From Candidatus Bathyarchaeota archaeon (GTDB taxonomy: Archaea; Thermoproteota; Bathyarchaeia; Hecatellales; Hecatellaceae): a stretch of DNA of 64,000 bases. The notes under the pieces are model-generated. The model saw only the letters and a list, made by a program, of their open reading frames with translations, had not been told where the DNA came from and did not search any database. Made by a program: the position numbers and the translations under genes. Where the stretch lies: NCBI GenBank assembly GCA_052246995.1, contig JBQPWD010000003.1, positions 64,001 to 128,000 of the forward strand, read 5' to 3'. This document shows, piece after piece, positions 20,916 through 29,574 of this stretch (within the stretch, counting starts at the first letter, position 1; each line of letters opens with the position of its first letter).

Positions 20916-21317
20916 CTACTTTAAAGGTACGTACATCGAACTTCTACTTGCACCAACACCTGGAGCACCATGGTCAACTTTTTTACAAGTCATCGAAAAT
21001 TCTCCTAGAAGATGTCCTATCATTTCAGGTTTAACGGTTACATGTATAAAATCCTTTCCACTATGCACAGCAAAGGTTGCCCCAACCATTTCAGGCAAAA
21101 TAAGCATATCTCTACAGTGAGTTTTAATTACAGTTTTTTCAAGCAAACCCTTCTCTCTAAGCTTCCTAATTCTCTCTAAAATTTTTCTATGTTCTATAGG
21201 AAGACCTCTAAGCATTTTTCTTCTAGCCTTTGATGGTAAAAGCGTTACGAATTCATCCATAGGCATTTGAAGAAGCTCCTTTAGCGGGTATCCCCTATAT
21301 GTAAACTCCTTAACCAT
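20916..21317 (-). CDS. rps19p: 30S ribosomal protein S19 (uS19)
   Basis: FTYRG, IKTHCRDMLILPEMVG, MIGH.LGEFS.T, HGAPGVGASRSS.YVPLK. Confidence 0.97.
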   Translation of the reverse strand: MVKEFTYRGYPLKELLQMPMDEFVTLLPSKARRKMLRGLPIEHRKILERIRKLREKGLLEKTVIKTHCRDMLILPEMVGATFAVHSGKDFIHVTVKPEMIGHLLGEFSMTCKKVDHGAPGVGASRSSMYVPLK

Positions 21318-21358
21318 TCTTGGATAACACCCACCTACACTAAAATACTAGCAAATAT

Positions 21359-22831
21359 TTAAGTATTGAAGCACTTAAGATTTTTCTCTAAAAATTCATG
21401 ATATTCTATAAATTTTGCAAGGGCTTTGGCGGCTTTCTCGATATTTGGATATACAGGTATTCCTGTTCCTATATATTCGTCTTTAATCTTTCTCCGAGTT
21501 TTTTCAGCATTTAACATTTCAAGTTCCAAAGGTGTTTCGTAAAGAACAAGGATAATAGGTTTTTTTACATTTTTCTTTACGTAAATGGGTGCTTTAAGAG
21601 TTTTTTTAATAAAATCCTTATTCACAAAAGTTTTTTCGCTGTAAAAGAGTGGAAGATGCCAAACTAAAACAATTAAAACATCTATTTGAGGATCTAAAGC
21701 AGCAATCTTTAAGATTTCTTGATAGGCTTTAGGTGGAGTGAAAGGTGAGCCTAAATCTACAGGATTTCTCAGGGAAACCCCTACAGGTTGAGCAAGCATC
21801 CTAATTTTTTCCACGTTTTCAGGCTGAAACTCTGGAATCCTGAGTCCATAATTTTCGCAAACATCAGCAGATGCAACAGCCATGCCACCACCAACACAAA
21901 CAATACCAACATTCCTGCCACAAGGCTTAGAAAACAACTGAAAAATTAGGGAAATATTCACAAGGTCCTCAAAACTTTCAGCTTTTATAGCTCCACTTTG
22001 CTTAAAAAACGCATTCCACACCTCCTTTTTTCCGGCTACAGCACCTGTATGGCTTTTAGCGGCTTTTTCTCCAGCATCTGTAAGTCCACCTTTCCATATT
22101 ATTACTGGTTTAACTTTAGCAGCCTCCTTAACAAGCTTCATAAAACGTTTACTATCCTTGATACTTTCAATGTACATAGCAATAATCCTTGTTTCATAGT
22201 CATTAATGAGGTACTCAAGAAGATCTGATTCATTAATATCCAAAGCATTACCGTAGCTTACAACCTTGCTAAACCTTAAACCTAAACTTTTACCGTGAAG
22301 GCAAAATCTTTCAGCTAAACCCCCACTTTGAGAAATAAGCGCAACATTTCCACTTTCCCTTGGAAAATTTGCTCCAGGTAAAAGAGTTAAACCTCCACTT
22401 GGACAGTATATGCCAAAACAGTTAGGTCCAACAAGCCTTGTAAAGCTGCCTTTAATTATTTTAAGAAGTTCCTCCTCAAGTTTTTTACACTCCTCAAGTC
22501 CGGTTTCACTAAAACCTGAAGAAAAAATAACAACAAAGTTAACCTTCTTATCTACGCAGTCTACAACAACTTCGGGAACAAGTTTAGCTGGAACACTTAT
22601 AAATGCAACATCAACATTTTCAGGTATTTCTTTAACGCTTCTGTAACACTTTAAACCTAAAATTTCTGGGGCTGTAGGGTTAATAGGGTAAATTTTACCT
22701 TTAAAACCAAAACTAAGAAGAGCATCCAAATATCTGGAGCCGAATTTTTGAGGTTTAGCTGAAACTCCAACAACCGCAACAGATCGAGGGTAAAAAAGAC
22801 TATCAAGGAAGGTTTGGTTGCTAGACATCAA
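21359..22831 (-). CDS. acdA: ADP-forming acyl-CoA synthetase alpha subunit, paralog 2
   Basis: PRSVAVVGVS, GPNCFG, SQSGG, SHTGAVAG, NPVDLG. Confidence 0.85.
   Translation of the reverse strand: MMSSNQTFLDSLFYPRSVAVVGVSAKPQKFGSRYLDALLSFGFKGKIYPINPTAPEILGLKCYRSVKEIPENVDVAFISVPAKLVPEVVVDCVDKKVNFVVIFSSGFSETGLEECKKLEEELLKIIKGSFTRLVGPNCFGIYCPSGGLTLLPGANFPRESGNVALISQSGGLAERFCLHGKSLGLRFSKVVSYGNALDINESDLLEYLINDYETRIIAMYIESIKDSKRFMKLVKEAAKVKPVIIWKGGLTDAGEKAAKSHTGAVAGKKEVWNAFFKQSGAIKAESFEDLVNISLIFQLFSKPCGRNVGIVCVGGGMAVASADVCENYGLRIPEFQPENVEKIRMLAQPVGVSLRNPVDLGSPFTPPKAYQEILKIAALDPQIDVLIVLVWHLPLFYSEKTFVNKDFIKKTLKAPIYVKKNVKKPIILVLYETPLELEMLNAEKTRRKIKDEYIGTGIPVYPNIEKAAKALAKFIEYHEFLEKNLKCFNT
22611..22708 (-). 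repeat. 98-bp exact inverted repeat, copy 1 (inside acdA paralog 2)
   Basis: Reverse complement equals 27018..27115 base for base; both copies encode GFKGKIYPINPTAPEILGLKCYRSVKEIPENVD. Confidence 0.92.
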
Positions 22832-22928
22832 TTAAACCTCAATTAAACGGTAAAGACTGTTGTTTATCAATTAGATAGAAAATTAACTAAAAAAATAAAA
22901 AGTTAATTAGGGTTGATTGACTTTTTTT

Positions 22929-23750
22929 TTATCTTCCCTTAAACTCAGGTTTTCTTTTTTCAAGAAATGCTTTAGCACCTTCTCTTGCGTCTTCAGAAAC
23001 AGCCATCACCGCAAATAGGTCAACATCTCTTTCCAGCGCTAACTCTATATCTGGCGCAAAACCACGGTTTATAGCTTCCTTTATAAGTTTAATAGCTAAC
23101 GGACTTTTACTTTTAAGCTTGTTTGCCATTTCTATTACCGCCGCCTCAAGTTTTTCTGGTGGAACAACCTTGTTAACCAAGCCTAGTCTTTCAGCCTCGG
23201 TTGCAGGAATCATGTCTCCTGTAAAGGCTAGTTCTTTTGCCTTGTGAATTCCAACAATTTTTGCAAGTCTGGACATTCCACCCCATCCTGGAAGAACACC
23301 AACATTAATTTCAGGTTGACCAAACAATGCTTTTTCACTTGCAATTATAATATCGCATGCCATTGCAAGTTCACATCCACCACCAAGAGCAAGACCGTTA
23401 ACAGCTGCAATTACAGGTTTTCCAAGTTTTTCAATACGTAAAATAACTTTTTCAATACTTTCCCTTAAAAACTCTTTAGCATCTGCAGGTGTTTTCATCT
23501 CTAAAAATCTTGAAATGTCTGCTCCAGCACTAAAAGCTCTATCACCAGCACCAGTAATGACAACAACCTTCACATTAGCATCTTTTTCAGCTTCATTTAA
23601 AGCCGAGTTTAACTCTAAGATGATGTCCGCGTTGATAGCGTTTAAAACTTTAGGTCTGTTTAAGGTTATCTTCATAATATTATCCTTTTTTTCAACCATT
23701 ATCGCCTTGTAGCTGTCCACCTTAACACCCCCTAAAATAATTATCTTCAC
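22929..23750 (-). CDS. Enoyl-CoA hydratase (crotonase); true start possibly the GTG at about 23720
   Basis: AFSAGADI, GGGCELAMACD, GQPEINVG..PGWGG, EGAKAFLEKRKP.FKG. Confidence 0.92.
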   Translation of the reverse strand: MKIIILGGVKVDSYKAIMVEKKDNIMKITLNRPKVLNAINADIILELNSALNEAEKDANVKVVVITGAGDRAFSAGADISRFLEMKTPADAKEFLRESIEKVILRIEKLGKPVIAAVNGLALGGGCELAMACDIIIASEKALFGQPEINVGVLPGWGGMSRLAKIVGIHKAKELAFTGDMIPATEAERLGLVNKVVPPEKLEAAVIEMANKLKSKSPLAIKLIKEAINRGFAPDIELALERDVDLFAVMAVSEDAREGAKAFLEKRKPEFKGR

Positions 23751-23930
23751 ATATTTTACTTATAAAATATGGTGTTAATACTCCATTAATTGTTTGGGTT
23801 GTTGTACTTTTCGGCGGCCTGCATAAAACCTAATTTTTACACATTAAATGCGGCATCGATGTTTTCAGCAAGGGAAGATAAAAAGTTTTATAAAGCTTAT
23901 CATTTAAAAGTTTTTAGGAGGTAAAAGTTT

Positions 23931-24311
23931 ATGGTTAAATTTTTCACTTTAGAGTTTTTTAAGCAAATATCTGAAAATGTCAATAAAAACCCTGATTTTG
24001 AAATTGGTATAGGAGATTTTGACGGAACAATAATCTTAGCTGCAAAAGACCTTGGAAAATCCTTCCTTATAGAGATTAAAAGAGGAAAAATTAGAAGCAT
24101 AAAAGAGGTAGAACCACACGAGAAATCAGATTTTAAGCTTGAAGGAAACTATGAAAACTGGGTTAAAGTTGGTAAAGGTGAACTTATGGTTAGAGATGCA
24201 ATCCTAACAGGTGCTTTAAGCTTAACAGGAAGTCTTGTAGGTTTGGCTATGTACTCTGGAGGGTTTGGAGTGTTGCTTCAAACAATGGCTTCAACACCAA
24301 AAGAATTTTAA
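23931..24311 (+). CDS. SCP2 sterol/lipid-binding domain protein
   Basis: 126 aa; DFKLEG....W..V.KGEL....A..TG.L.L.G pattern. Confidence 0.75.
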   Translation: MVKFFTLEFFKQISENVNKNPDFEIGIGDFDGTIILAAKDLGKSFLIEIKRGKIRSIKEVEPHEKSDFKLEGNYENWVKVGKGELMVRDAILTGALSLTGSLVGLAMYSGGFGVLLQTMASTPKEF

Positions 24312-24372
24312 AATAAAACTTTAACCCTTATAAGTAGCTCATAAACAATATCATTCAAACAAATTGTCTAGA

Positions 24373-24448
24373 AGCCCGGTGGTGTAGCGGCCAAGCATAG
24401 CGGGCTTTGGACCCGCTGACGGGAGTTCGAATCTCCCCCGGGCTACCA
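24373..24448 (+). tRNA. tRNA-Gln(UUG), CCA encoded
   Basis: A1-U72 acceptor AGCCCGG/CCGGGCT, anticodon arm GCGGG-CTTTGGA-CCCGC, T-loop GTTCGAATC, 3' ACCA. Confidence 0.95.
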
Positions 24449-24522
24449 CTTTTCACCAACGTTGCAGCCAAAAACTGCTTATGACGTTTTCCCAGCTTTA
24501 CCCTAAAAGAAAAGTTATCTTT

Positions 24523-24816
24523 TTATCCTCCATGAGATACTGGTATAAACGTTACTTCATCCCCATCTTTTATGCTTGTTTCAAGCCCGTTTAAAACTCC
24601 TATTTCAACATCGTTTTTAAGAATGAGAATGCCTGGTCTAAGTTTGCCACCTTGAAGTTCTAAAGTTCTGTCTGCAAATTTTTTACCATAGATTTCTATC
24701 AAGGTTTGAATTAGATTTGAAATTGTTTGACTACTTTCTGAATTTAAATTTATGCATATTTTTTCTACTCCTGTTAAATTTTTAAATGGGCCTATGAATT
24801 TTACTGTTACCTTCAA
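24523..24816 (-). CDS. MoaD/ThiS/SAMP ubiquitin-like sulfur carrier
   Basis: Beta-grasp pattern MKVTVKF, IL.ND.....LNGLET.IKDGDEV.FIP, C-terminal GG. Confidence 0.9.
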   Translation of the reverse strand: MKVTVKFIGPFKNLTGVEKICINLNSESSQTISNLIQTLIEIYGKKFADRTLELQGGKLRPGILILKNDVEIGVLNGLETSIKDGDEVTFIPVSHGG

Positions 24817-24818
24817 TT

Positions 24819-25022
24819 TTAGTCAGCCTCAACAATTTTACATTTAACTTTTTCTAGGATACCTTTAACGTCAGCTTCACTAGCTTTTAAAGTGTAAAGC
24901 TGTTTTTTTGTTCTAAGCTTAAGTTTAACAATGTTGTTTTTCTTAACCTTCTTAACAATACAGTACTCAGCTTTTTCAGATAAACCTATGAATTCATTAA
25001 CATCCCTAACTTCTTTAGGCAT
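24819..25022 (-). CDS. rpl38e: 50S ribosomal protein eL38
   Basis: MPKE..D..EF, VK.KLRT.K.LYTL signature; 67 aa, basic. Confidence 0.8.
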   Translation of the reverse strand: MPKEVRDVNEFIGLSEKAEYCIVKKVKKNNIVKLKLRTKKQLYTLKASEADVKGILEKVKCKIVEAD

Positions 25023-25080
25023 ATTTCAACCCTAGTTTAAAGGTTTAGTATTACTAGTTACACAACATTTAACCTTAGAT

Positions 25081-25647
25081 TTAAAGGTTAACATCTAATC
25101 CCCAGCGTTTAAATCCTTTAGGAGTTAAATCAAAAAACCCTAGAATTTTCCCAACCATTTGTTCTACAAGCTCGTCAATAGTTTTAGGTTTATGATAAAA
25201 TGGGGGGGATAAAGGTGCAATAATTACACCAATTCTAGCAAGCTTTAACATGTTATTGAGATGTATTGGAGATAAGGGTGTCTCTCTTGGGGCTAAAACA
25301 AGTTTACGTTTTTCCTTAATCATGACTTCAGCAGCTCTACTAATAAGGTTATGAGAAAAACCGTTAGCAATATCCGCCAAAGTTTTTGTGCTACATGGAA
25401 TAACGATCATGCCTGAAGCTGGAAAAGAGCCGCTTGTTAATGGTGCAGATAAATCTTCAACATCATAAGTAGTATACGCTAACTTTTTAACGCTTTCCAC
25501 GTTTAAGCCTGTTTCATGTGGAATAATTTTTTCAGCCCACCTGCTAATTATCAGATGTACCTCAACATTAATCTCCTTTAAAAACCGAAGTAGCTTTACA
25601 CCATAAATGACTCCAGAAGCTCCTGATAATGCAACAATTAGACGCAT
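25081..25647 (-). CDS. ubiX: Flavin prenyltransferase UbiX
   Basis: SGASG..YG, SGSF, PCS.KTLA, RAA.V.IKE.R.LVL.PRETP, P.FY.KP. Confidence 0.95.
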   Translation of the reverse strand: MRLIVALSGASGVIYGVKLLRFLKEINVEVHLIISRWAEKIIPHETGLNVESVKKLAYTTYDVEDLSAPLTSGSFPASGMIVIPCSTKTLADIANGFSHNLISRAAEVMIKEKRKLVLAPRETPLSPIHLNNMLKLARIGVIIAPLSPPFYHKPKTIDELVEQMVGKILGFFDLTPKGFKRWGLDVNL

Positions 25648-25806
25648 AAATTAAACCCCTATGTTTCACGAGGAATTTAATAAAGCAAAAATATTTATGA
25701 GTATTTCAACTAAAAAATTTAGTCATAAATCGCATAAATTGCATCAATTAAACCGTTTTATTGCAGAGTGGTAGGAAAGGAAAATTAAAAAATAGTGGGG
25801 TGGTAA

Positions 25807-26835
25807 ATGATTGTTATAAGGTTTGGCTTTGAATTAACACCTTACCCGGATAAAAGTCCTTCAATAGCTAAAAAAGTTGAGGATGCTGGCTTTGACTCTA
25901 TTTGGCTAAGCGACCATTTTTTACCGTGGTCCCATAAGGCTGGTTCAAGATTTCCATTTTCAAATGTTACGTGCTTAACGCATCTCCCCCTATTCCTTTA
26001 TGCAACATCAAAATGTAAGGCTGGTTCAGGAGTAATATGCCCATTATTTAGATATCATCCAGCAATCATAGCGCAGTATTTTGCTCAATTAGACTTCCTT
26101 TTCCCAAATAGGGTTATACTGGGTGTTGGTTCAGGTGAGGCTGTAAATGAACTTCCATTTGGGTATTTCCCCCCAGTAAAAGAAAGGCATGAAAGACTAG
26201 TAGAAGCTGTTAGGCTTATAAGAATGCTTTGGGAAAAGGAGGACTATTTTACATTTGAAGGAAAATACTATCAACTTAAGGATGCCATGCTTTACCTTAA
26301 ACCTCAGGGAAAAATTAAGGTTATTGTTTCCGCAGCTGGACCTAAAGCATCAAAACTTGCAGGAAAAATTGGAGATGGAGTTATTTTTCTTACAGGCACG
26401 CCCAGCGAAGTTGAAAGCATCTTACTACCAAGCTTTAAGAAGGGTGTTAAAGAAGCTGGAAAAAATTATGAAGACTGTGAAAGAATTTTGTATTATGCTG
26501 TTGGTGTTGTTGAAAACCCTAAACTTATGCCAAGAGTTTTAAGAGCTATGAGAAGAAACATTGTTTGGGCTTCTCTTGAAGCTCATAAACAACCAAACCC
26601 TAAAAGTGTTGACATGGTTGCTGAAAAACTTGATGAAAAATTTGTTATGGAAAGAGGATGTTTTGTTGAAAAAGTTGATGAGCTTATAGATAGGCTTGAA
26701 AAGTATGTTAAAGTAGGGATAAACTATTTTGTCCTGATAGATTTTACATCCATTTTTAAAGGATTATTCAACGAAGTTGCAGATATTTGGCCTAAAAAAG
26801 TTTTCCCCTACTTCAATGAAAACTATAGGGAGTAA
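25807..26835 (+). CDS. LLM-class (F420-dependent, G6PDH-like) oxidoreductase, paralog 1
   Basis: GFDSIWLSDHFLPW, CPLFRYHPAIIAQ, LGVGSGEAVNE, F.GKYY, AAGPK. Confidence 0.85.
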   Translation: MIVIRFGFELTPYPDKSPSIAKKVEDAGFDSIWLSDHFLPWSHKAGSRFPFSNVTCLTHLPLFLYATSKCKAGSGVICPLFRYHPAIIAQYFAQLDFLFPNRVILGVGSGEAVNELPFGYFPPVKERHERLVEAVRLIRMLWEKEDYFTFEGKYYQLKDAMLYLKPQGKIKVIVSAAGPKASKLAGKIGDGVIFLTGTPSEVESILLPSFKKGVKEAGKNYEDCERILYYAVGVVENPKLMPRVLRAMRRNIVWASLEAHKQPNPKSVDMVAEKLDEKFVMERGCFVEKVDELIDRLEKYVKVGINYFVLIDFTSIFKGLFNEVADIWPKKVFPYFNENYRE

Positions 26836-26873
26836 GTGATAACTTTTTTTCTTTTAAACTGTAAGAATAAATT

Positions 26874-28301
26874 GTGGTTTGTATGGTTAAAGACGAGATT
26901 AAAAGCTCAATCAACCTTATGACGCATCTACTTGAACCAAATTCCATGGCTGTTATTGGAGCTTCAAGGGAGCCTGGTAAAGTTGGATACTCTATAGTTA
27001 AAAATCTTATTGATGGAGGTTTTAAAGGTAAAATTTACCCTATTAACCCTACAGCCCCAGAAATTTTAGGTTTAAAGTGTTACAGAAGCGTTAAAGAAAT
27101 ACCTGAAAATGTTGACACCGCTTTAATATCCATCCCTGCAAGATTAGTTGCTGATGCTGTTAAAGATTGCGGTGAAAAAGGTATTCCCATAGTAACTGTA
27201 ATTTCAGCTGGTTTTGCTGAAATAGGTGAAAAAGAGCTTCAAAAAAATCTTTTGGAAACTGCCCGTAGGTATGGTGTTAGAATTGTTGGACCTAACACTT
27301 TTGGTGTTTATAGGCCATCTAAAGGTATGTCTGCAACCTTTTGCATTCCTTACGAGTATGCTGGAGGTCTTGCTTTAACATGTCAAAGTGGCGGTGTAGG
27401 TATGGGAATTCTTGGTTATGCTAGGTCTAGGAGGGTTGGTTTATCAGCTCTTATAGGTTTTGGAAATAAGTGTGATGTTAATGAGGTTGATGTTCTTGAG
27501 TATTTTGTGCAGGATGAGCAAACTAAGGCTATAGCTTTACACGTAGAATCCATAGTTAATGGTAGAAGGTTTATTGAGGTTGCAAGCAAAGTTGTAAAGA
27601 TTAAACCTATTGTTTTACTTAAAGCTGGAAGAACAAGTTATGGTTCTAAGGCTGCATACTCTCATACTGCTGCCATTGGTGGGTTAGACCAAGTTGTTAA
27701 TGCCGCGGTTAAAAAGGCTGGTGTAATTAGGGCAAAAGGTCTTGAAGAATTTTTTGAGTTAGGTAGAGCTTTAGCTATGCTGCCTAAACCTAAAGGTGAA
27801 AATGTTTTAATTGTGACTGGTGCTGGTGGTCTAGGAGTTTTACTGGCTGATGCTTGTGAAGACCATGGAGTTAAGCTTATGGATATTCCTAAAGATTTGG
27901 AGGAAAAGTTTAGGAAGTATATTCCACCTTTTGGAAGCTTTAAGAATCCTGTAGACATTACAGGAGCATCTCCCCCTGAAACATACAGGGATTGTGTAGA
28001 TTTAGCTGTTAGAGATGAAAGAGTTCATGGTGTTATAGTAGGTTACTGGCATACATTGATAACTTCACCAATGGATTTTGCAAAAGTTGTAATTGAAGTT
28101 GTTAAGAATGCTAGAAAAGATGGAATAGAAAAGCCTATAGTTACATCATTAAGCGGAGATGTTGAAGTTGAAGAAGCAGCTAAACTTTTAGAAGATCACG
28201 GTATACTTGCATACCCTTACGCACCTGAGAAAGCCGTAGCTTCAATTGCATCAGTTTTTAAGTGGAGTAAATATACAGGTTTTTCACCATGCGACCTTTA
28301 A
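26874..28301 (+). CDS. acdA: ADP-forming acyl-CoA synthetase alpha subunit, paralog 3
   Basis: P.SMAVIGAS..PGKVG, GPNTFG, QSGG, SHTAAIGG, NPVDITG. Confidence 0.88.
   Translation: MVCMVKDEIKSSINLMTHLLEPNSMAVIGASREPGKVGYSIVKNLIDGGFKGKIYPINPTAPEILGLKCYRSVKEIPENVDTALISIPARLVADAVKDCGEKGIPIVTVISAGFAEIGEKELQKNLLETARRYGVRIVGPNTFGVYRPSKGMSATFCIPYEYAGGLALTCQSGGVGMGILGYARSRRVGLSALIGFGNKCDVNEVDVLEYFVQDEQTKAIALHVESIVNGRRFIEVASKVVKIKPIVLLKAGRTSYGSKAAYSHTAAIGGLDQVVNAAVKKAGVIRAKGLEEFFELGRALAMLPKPKGENVLIVTGAGGLGVLLADACEDHGVKLMDIPKDLEEKFRKYIPPFGSFKNPVDITGASPPETYRDCVDLAVRDERVHGVIVGYWHTLITSPMDFAKVVIEVVKNARKDGIEKPIVTSLSGDVEVEEAAKLLEDHGILAYPYAPEKAVASIASVFKWSKYTGFSPCDL
27018..27115 (+). repeat. 98-bp exact inverted repeat, copy 2 (inside acdA paralog 3)
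   Basis: Exact reverse complement of 22611..22708. Confidence 0.92.
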
Positions 28302-29446
28302 CAGGTTTAAGGGTTCTAGATTTAACAAGGGAATTTCCATCATATCCTACTATTCTTGCTGATTTTGGTGCTGAAGTTATCAAGGTTGAGGAACCTTTAA
28401 GCGGTGATCCTGGAAGATACGTCCCACCATTAGTTGATGGTGAAAGTGTGTTCTTTTTAGCTCATCAACGAAATAAAAAAAGTATAGGTCTAAATCTAAA
28501 GTCTAAAGAAGGTTTAGAAATATTTTACAAGCTAGTTAAAATATCGGATATTGTTGTTGAAAATTTTAGGCCAGGGGTTACTAAACGCTTACATGTAGAT
28601 TATGATACTGTTAAATTCTACAATCCAAGAATAATTTACTGTTCAATTTCCGGTTTTGGTTATGATAGCCCCTATACTAGTATGCCAAGCCATGATTTAA
28701 ACTATCAAGCAATGTCAGGTATGTTGTTGTTAACCAAAGTTGATGATAAAATAGCTTTACCCGCTGCAAATATTTCCGCAATGGTAACATATCTCTATGT
28801 AACAATAGCAATTCTTATAGCCCTAATTAACAGGGAAAAAACTGGCGAAGGCCAATACATAGATGTCTCATTCCTAGATTCAACAATCTCCCTTCTCAGC
28901 CTACCAGCATCTTTAACATTTTTTGGCTTCAACATTGACAATCTACCAGTTAAAAAATTACCCTATTATGGTGTTTTTAAAACTAAAGATGAAAAATATA
29001 TTTGCCTTGGAATACTTTATGAAGAGCATTTTTGGAGGAAATTCTGTAAAATGTTTGGCAGGGAAGATTTAGCTGAACATTTAATTCCCTCAAAAGAAAA
29101 AAGTGTTGAAATTAAACAATTTCTCGAAGAAATATTTAAAACTAAAAGTAGGGATGAATGGTTTAAAATTCTTAAAGATGCAGAGATACCATGTAGCCCA
29201 GTATACTCTATAGAGGAAGTTTTCCAAGATCCTCATGTAAAGCATAGAAACCTGATACTGGAGATGGAACATCCAAAACTTGGAAAAATTAAACAATTAA
29301 ACATTCCAATAAAATTTTCAAGTATCAAAACAAAAACTAACCTACCGCCGCCAAAACTTGGTCAACATACGGATGAAATTCTACATTTTTTAGGGTATGT
29401 TGCAGACGAAATTAGAAAGCTTAAAGAGAAGAACATTGTAGGTTAA
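28289..29446 (+). CDS. CaiB/BaiF family III CoA-transferase / alpha-methylacyl-CoA racemase-like protein with altered active site
   Basis: PL.GLRVLDLT, LADFGAEVIKVE, RNKKSI.LNLK, ENFRPGV, SHDLNY, GEGQYIDVS, PPKLGQHT. Confidence 0.85.
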   Translation: MRPLTGLRVLDLTREFPSYPTILADFGAEVIKVEEPLSGDPGRYVPPLVDGESVFFLAHQRNKKSIGLNLKSKEGLEIFYKLVKISDIVVENFRPGVTKRLHVDYDTVKFYNPRIIYCSISGFGYDSPYTSMPSHDLNYQAMSGMLLLTKVDDKIALPAANISAMVTYLYVTIAILIALINREKTGEGQYIDVSFLDSTISLLSLPASLTFFGFNIDNLPVKKLPYYGVFKTKDEKYICLGILYEEHFWRKFCKMFGREDLAEHLIPSKEKSVEIKQFLEEIFKTKSRDEWFKILKDAEIPCSPVYSIEEVFQDPHVKHRNLILEMEHPKLGKIKQLNIPIKFSSIKTKTNLPPPKLGQHTDEILHFLGYVADEIRKLKEKNIVG

Positions 29447-29574
29447 AATGAAGTTAAAAAGAGGAAAAATATTGGGAAAAAGCTTAATAAAGTATTAAAG
29501 CTATAAAGTTAATTCAGCATCAAAAATGGAGTAAAAAAATTAACTACATCTTAATTTTGGAGGTTATGTAAAAA

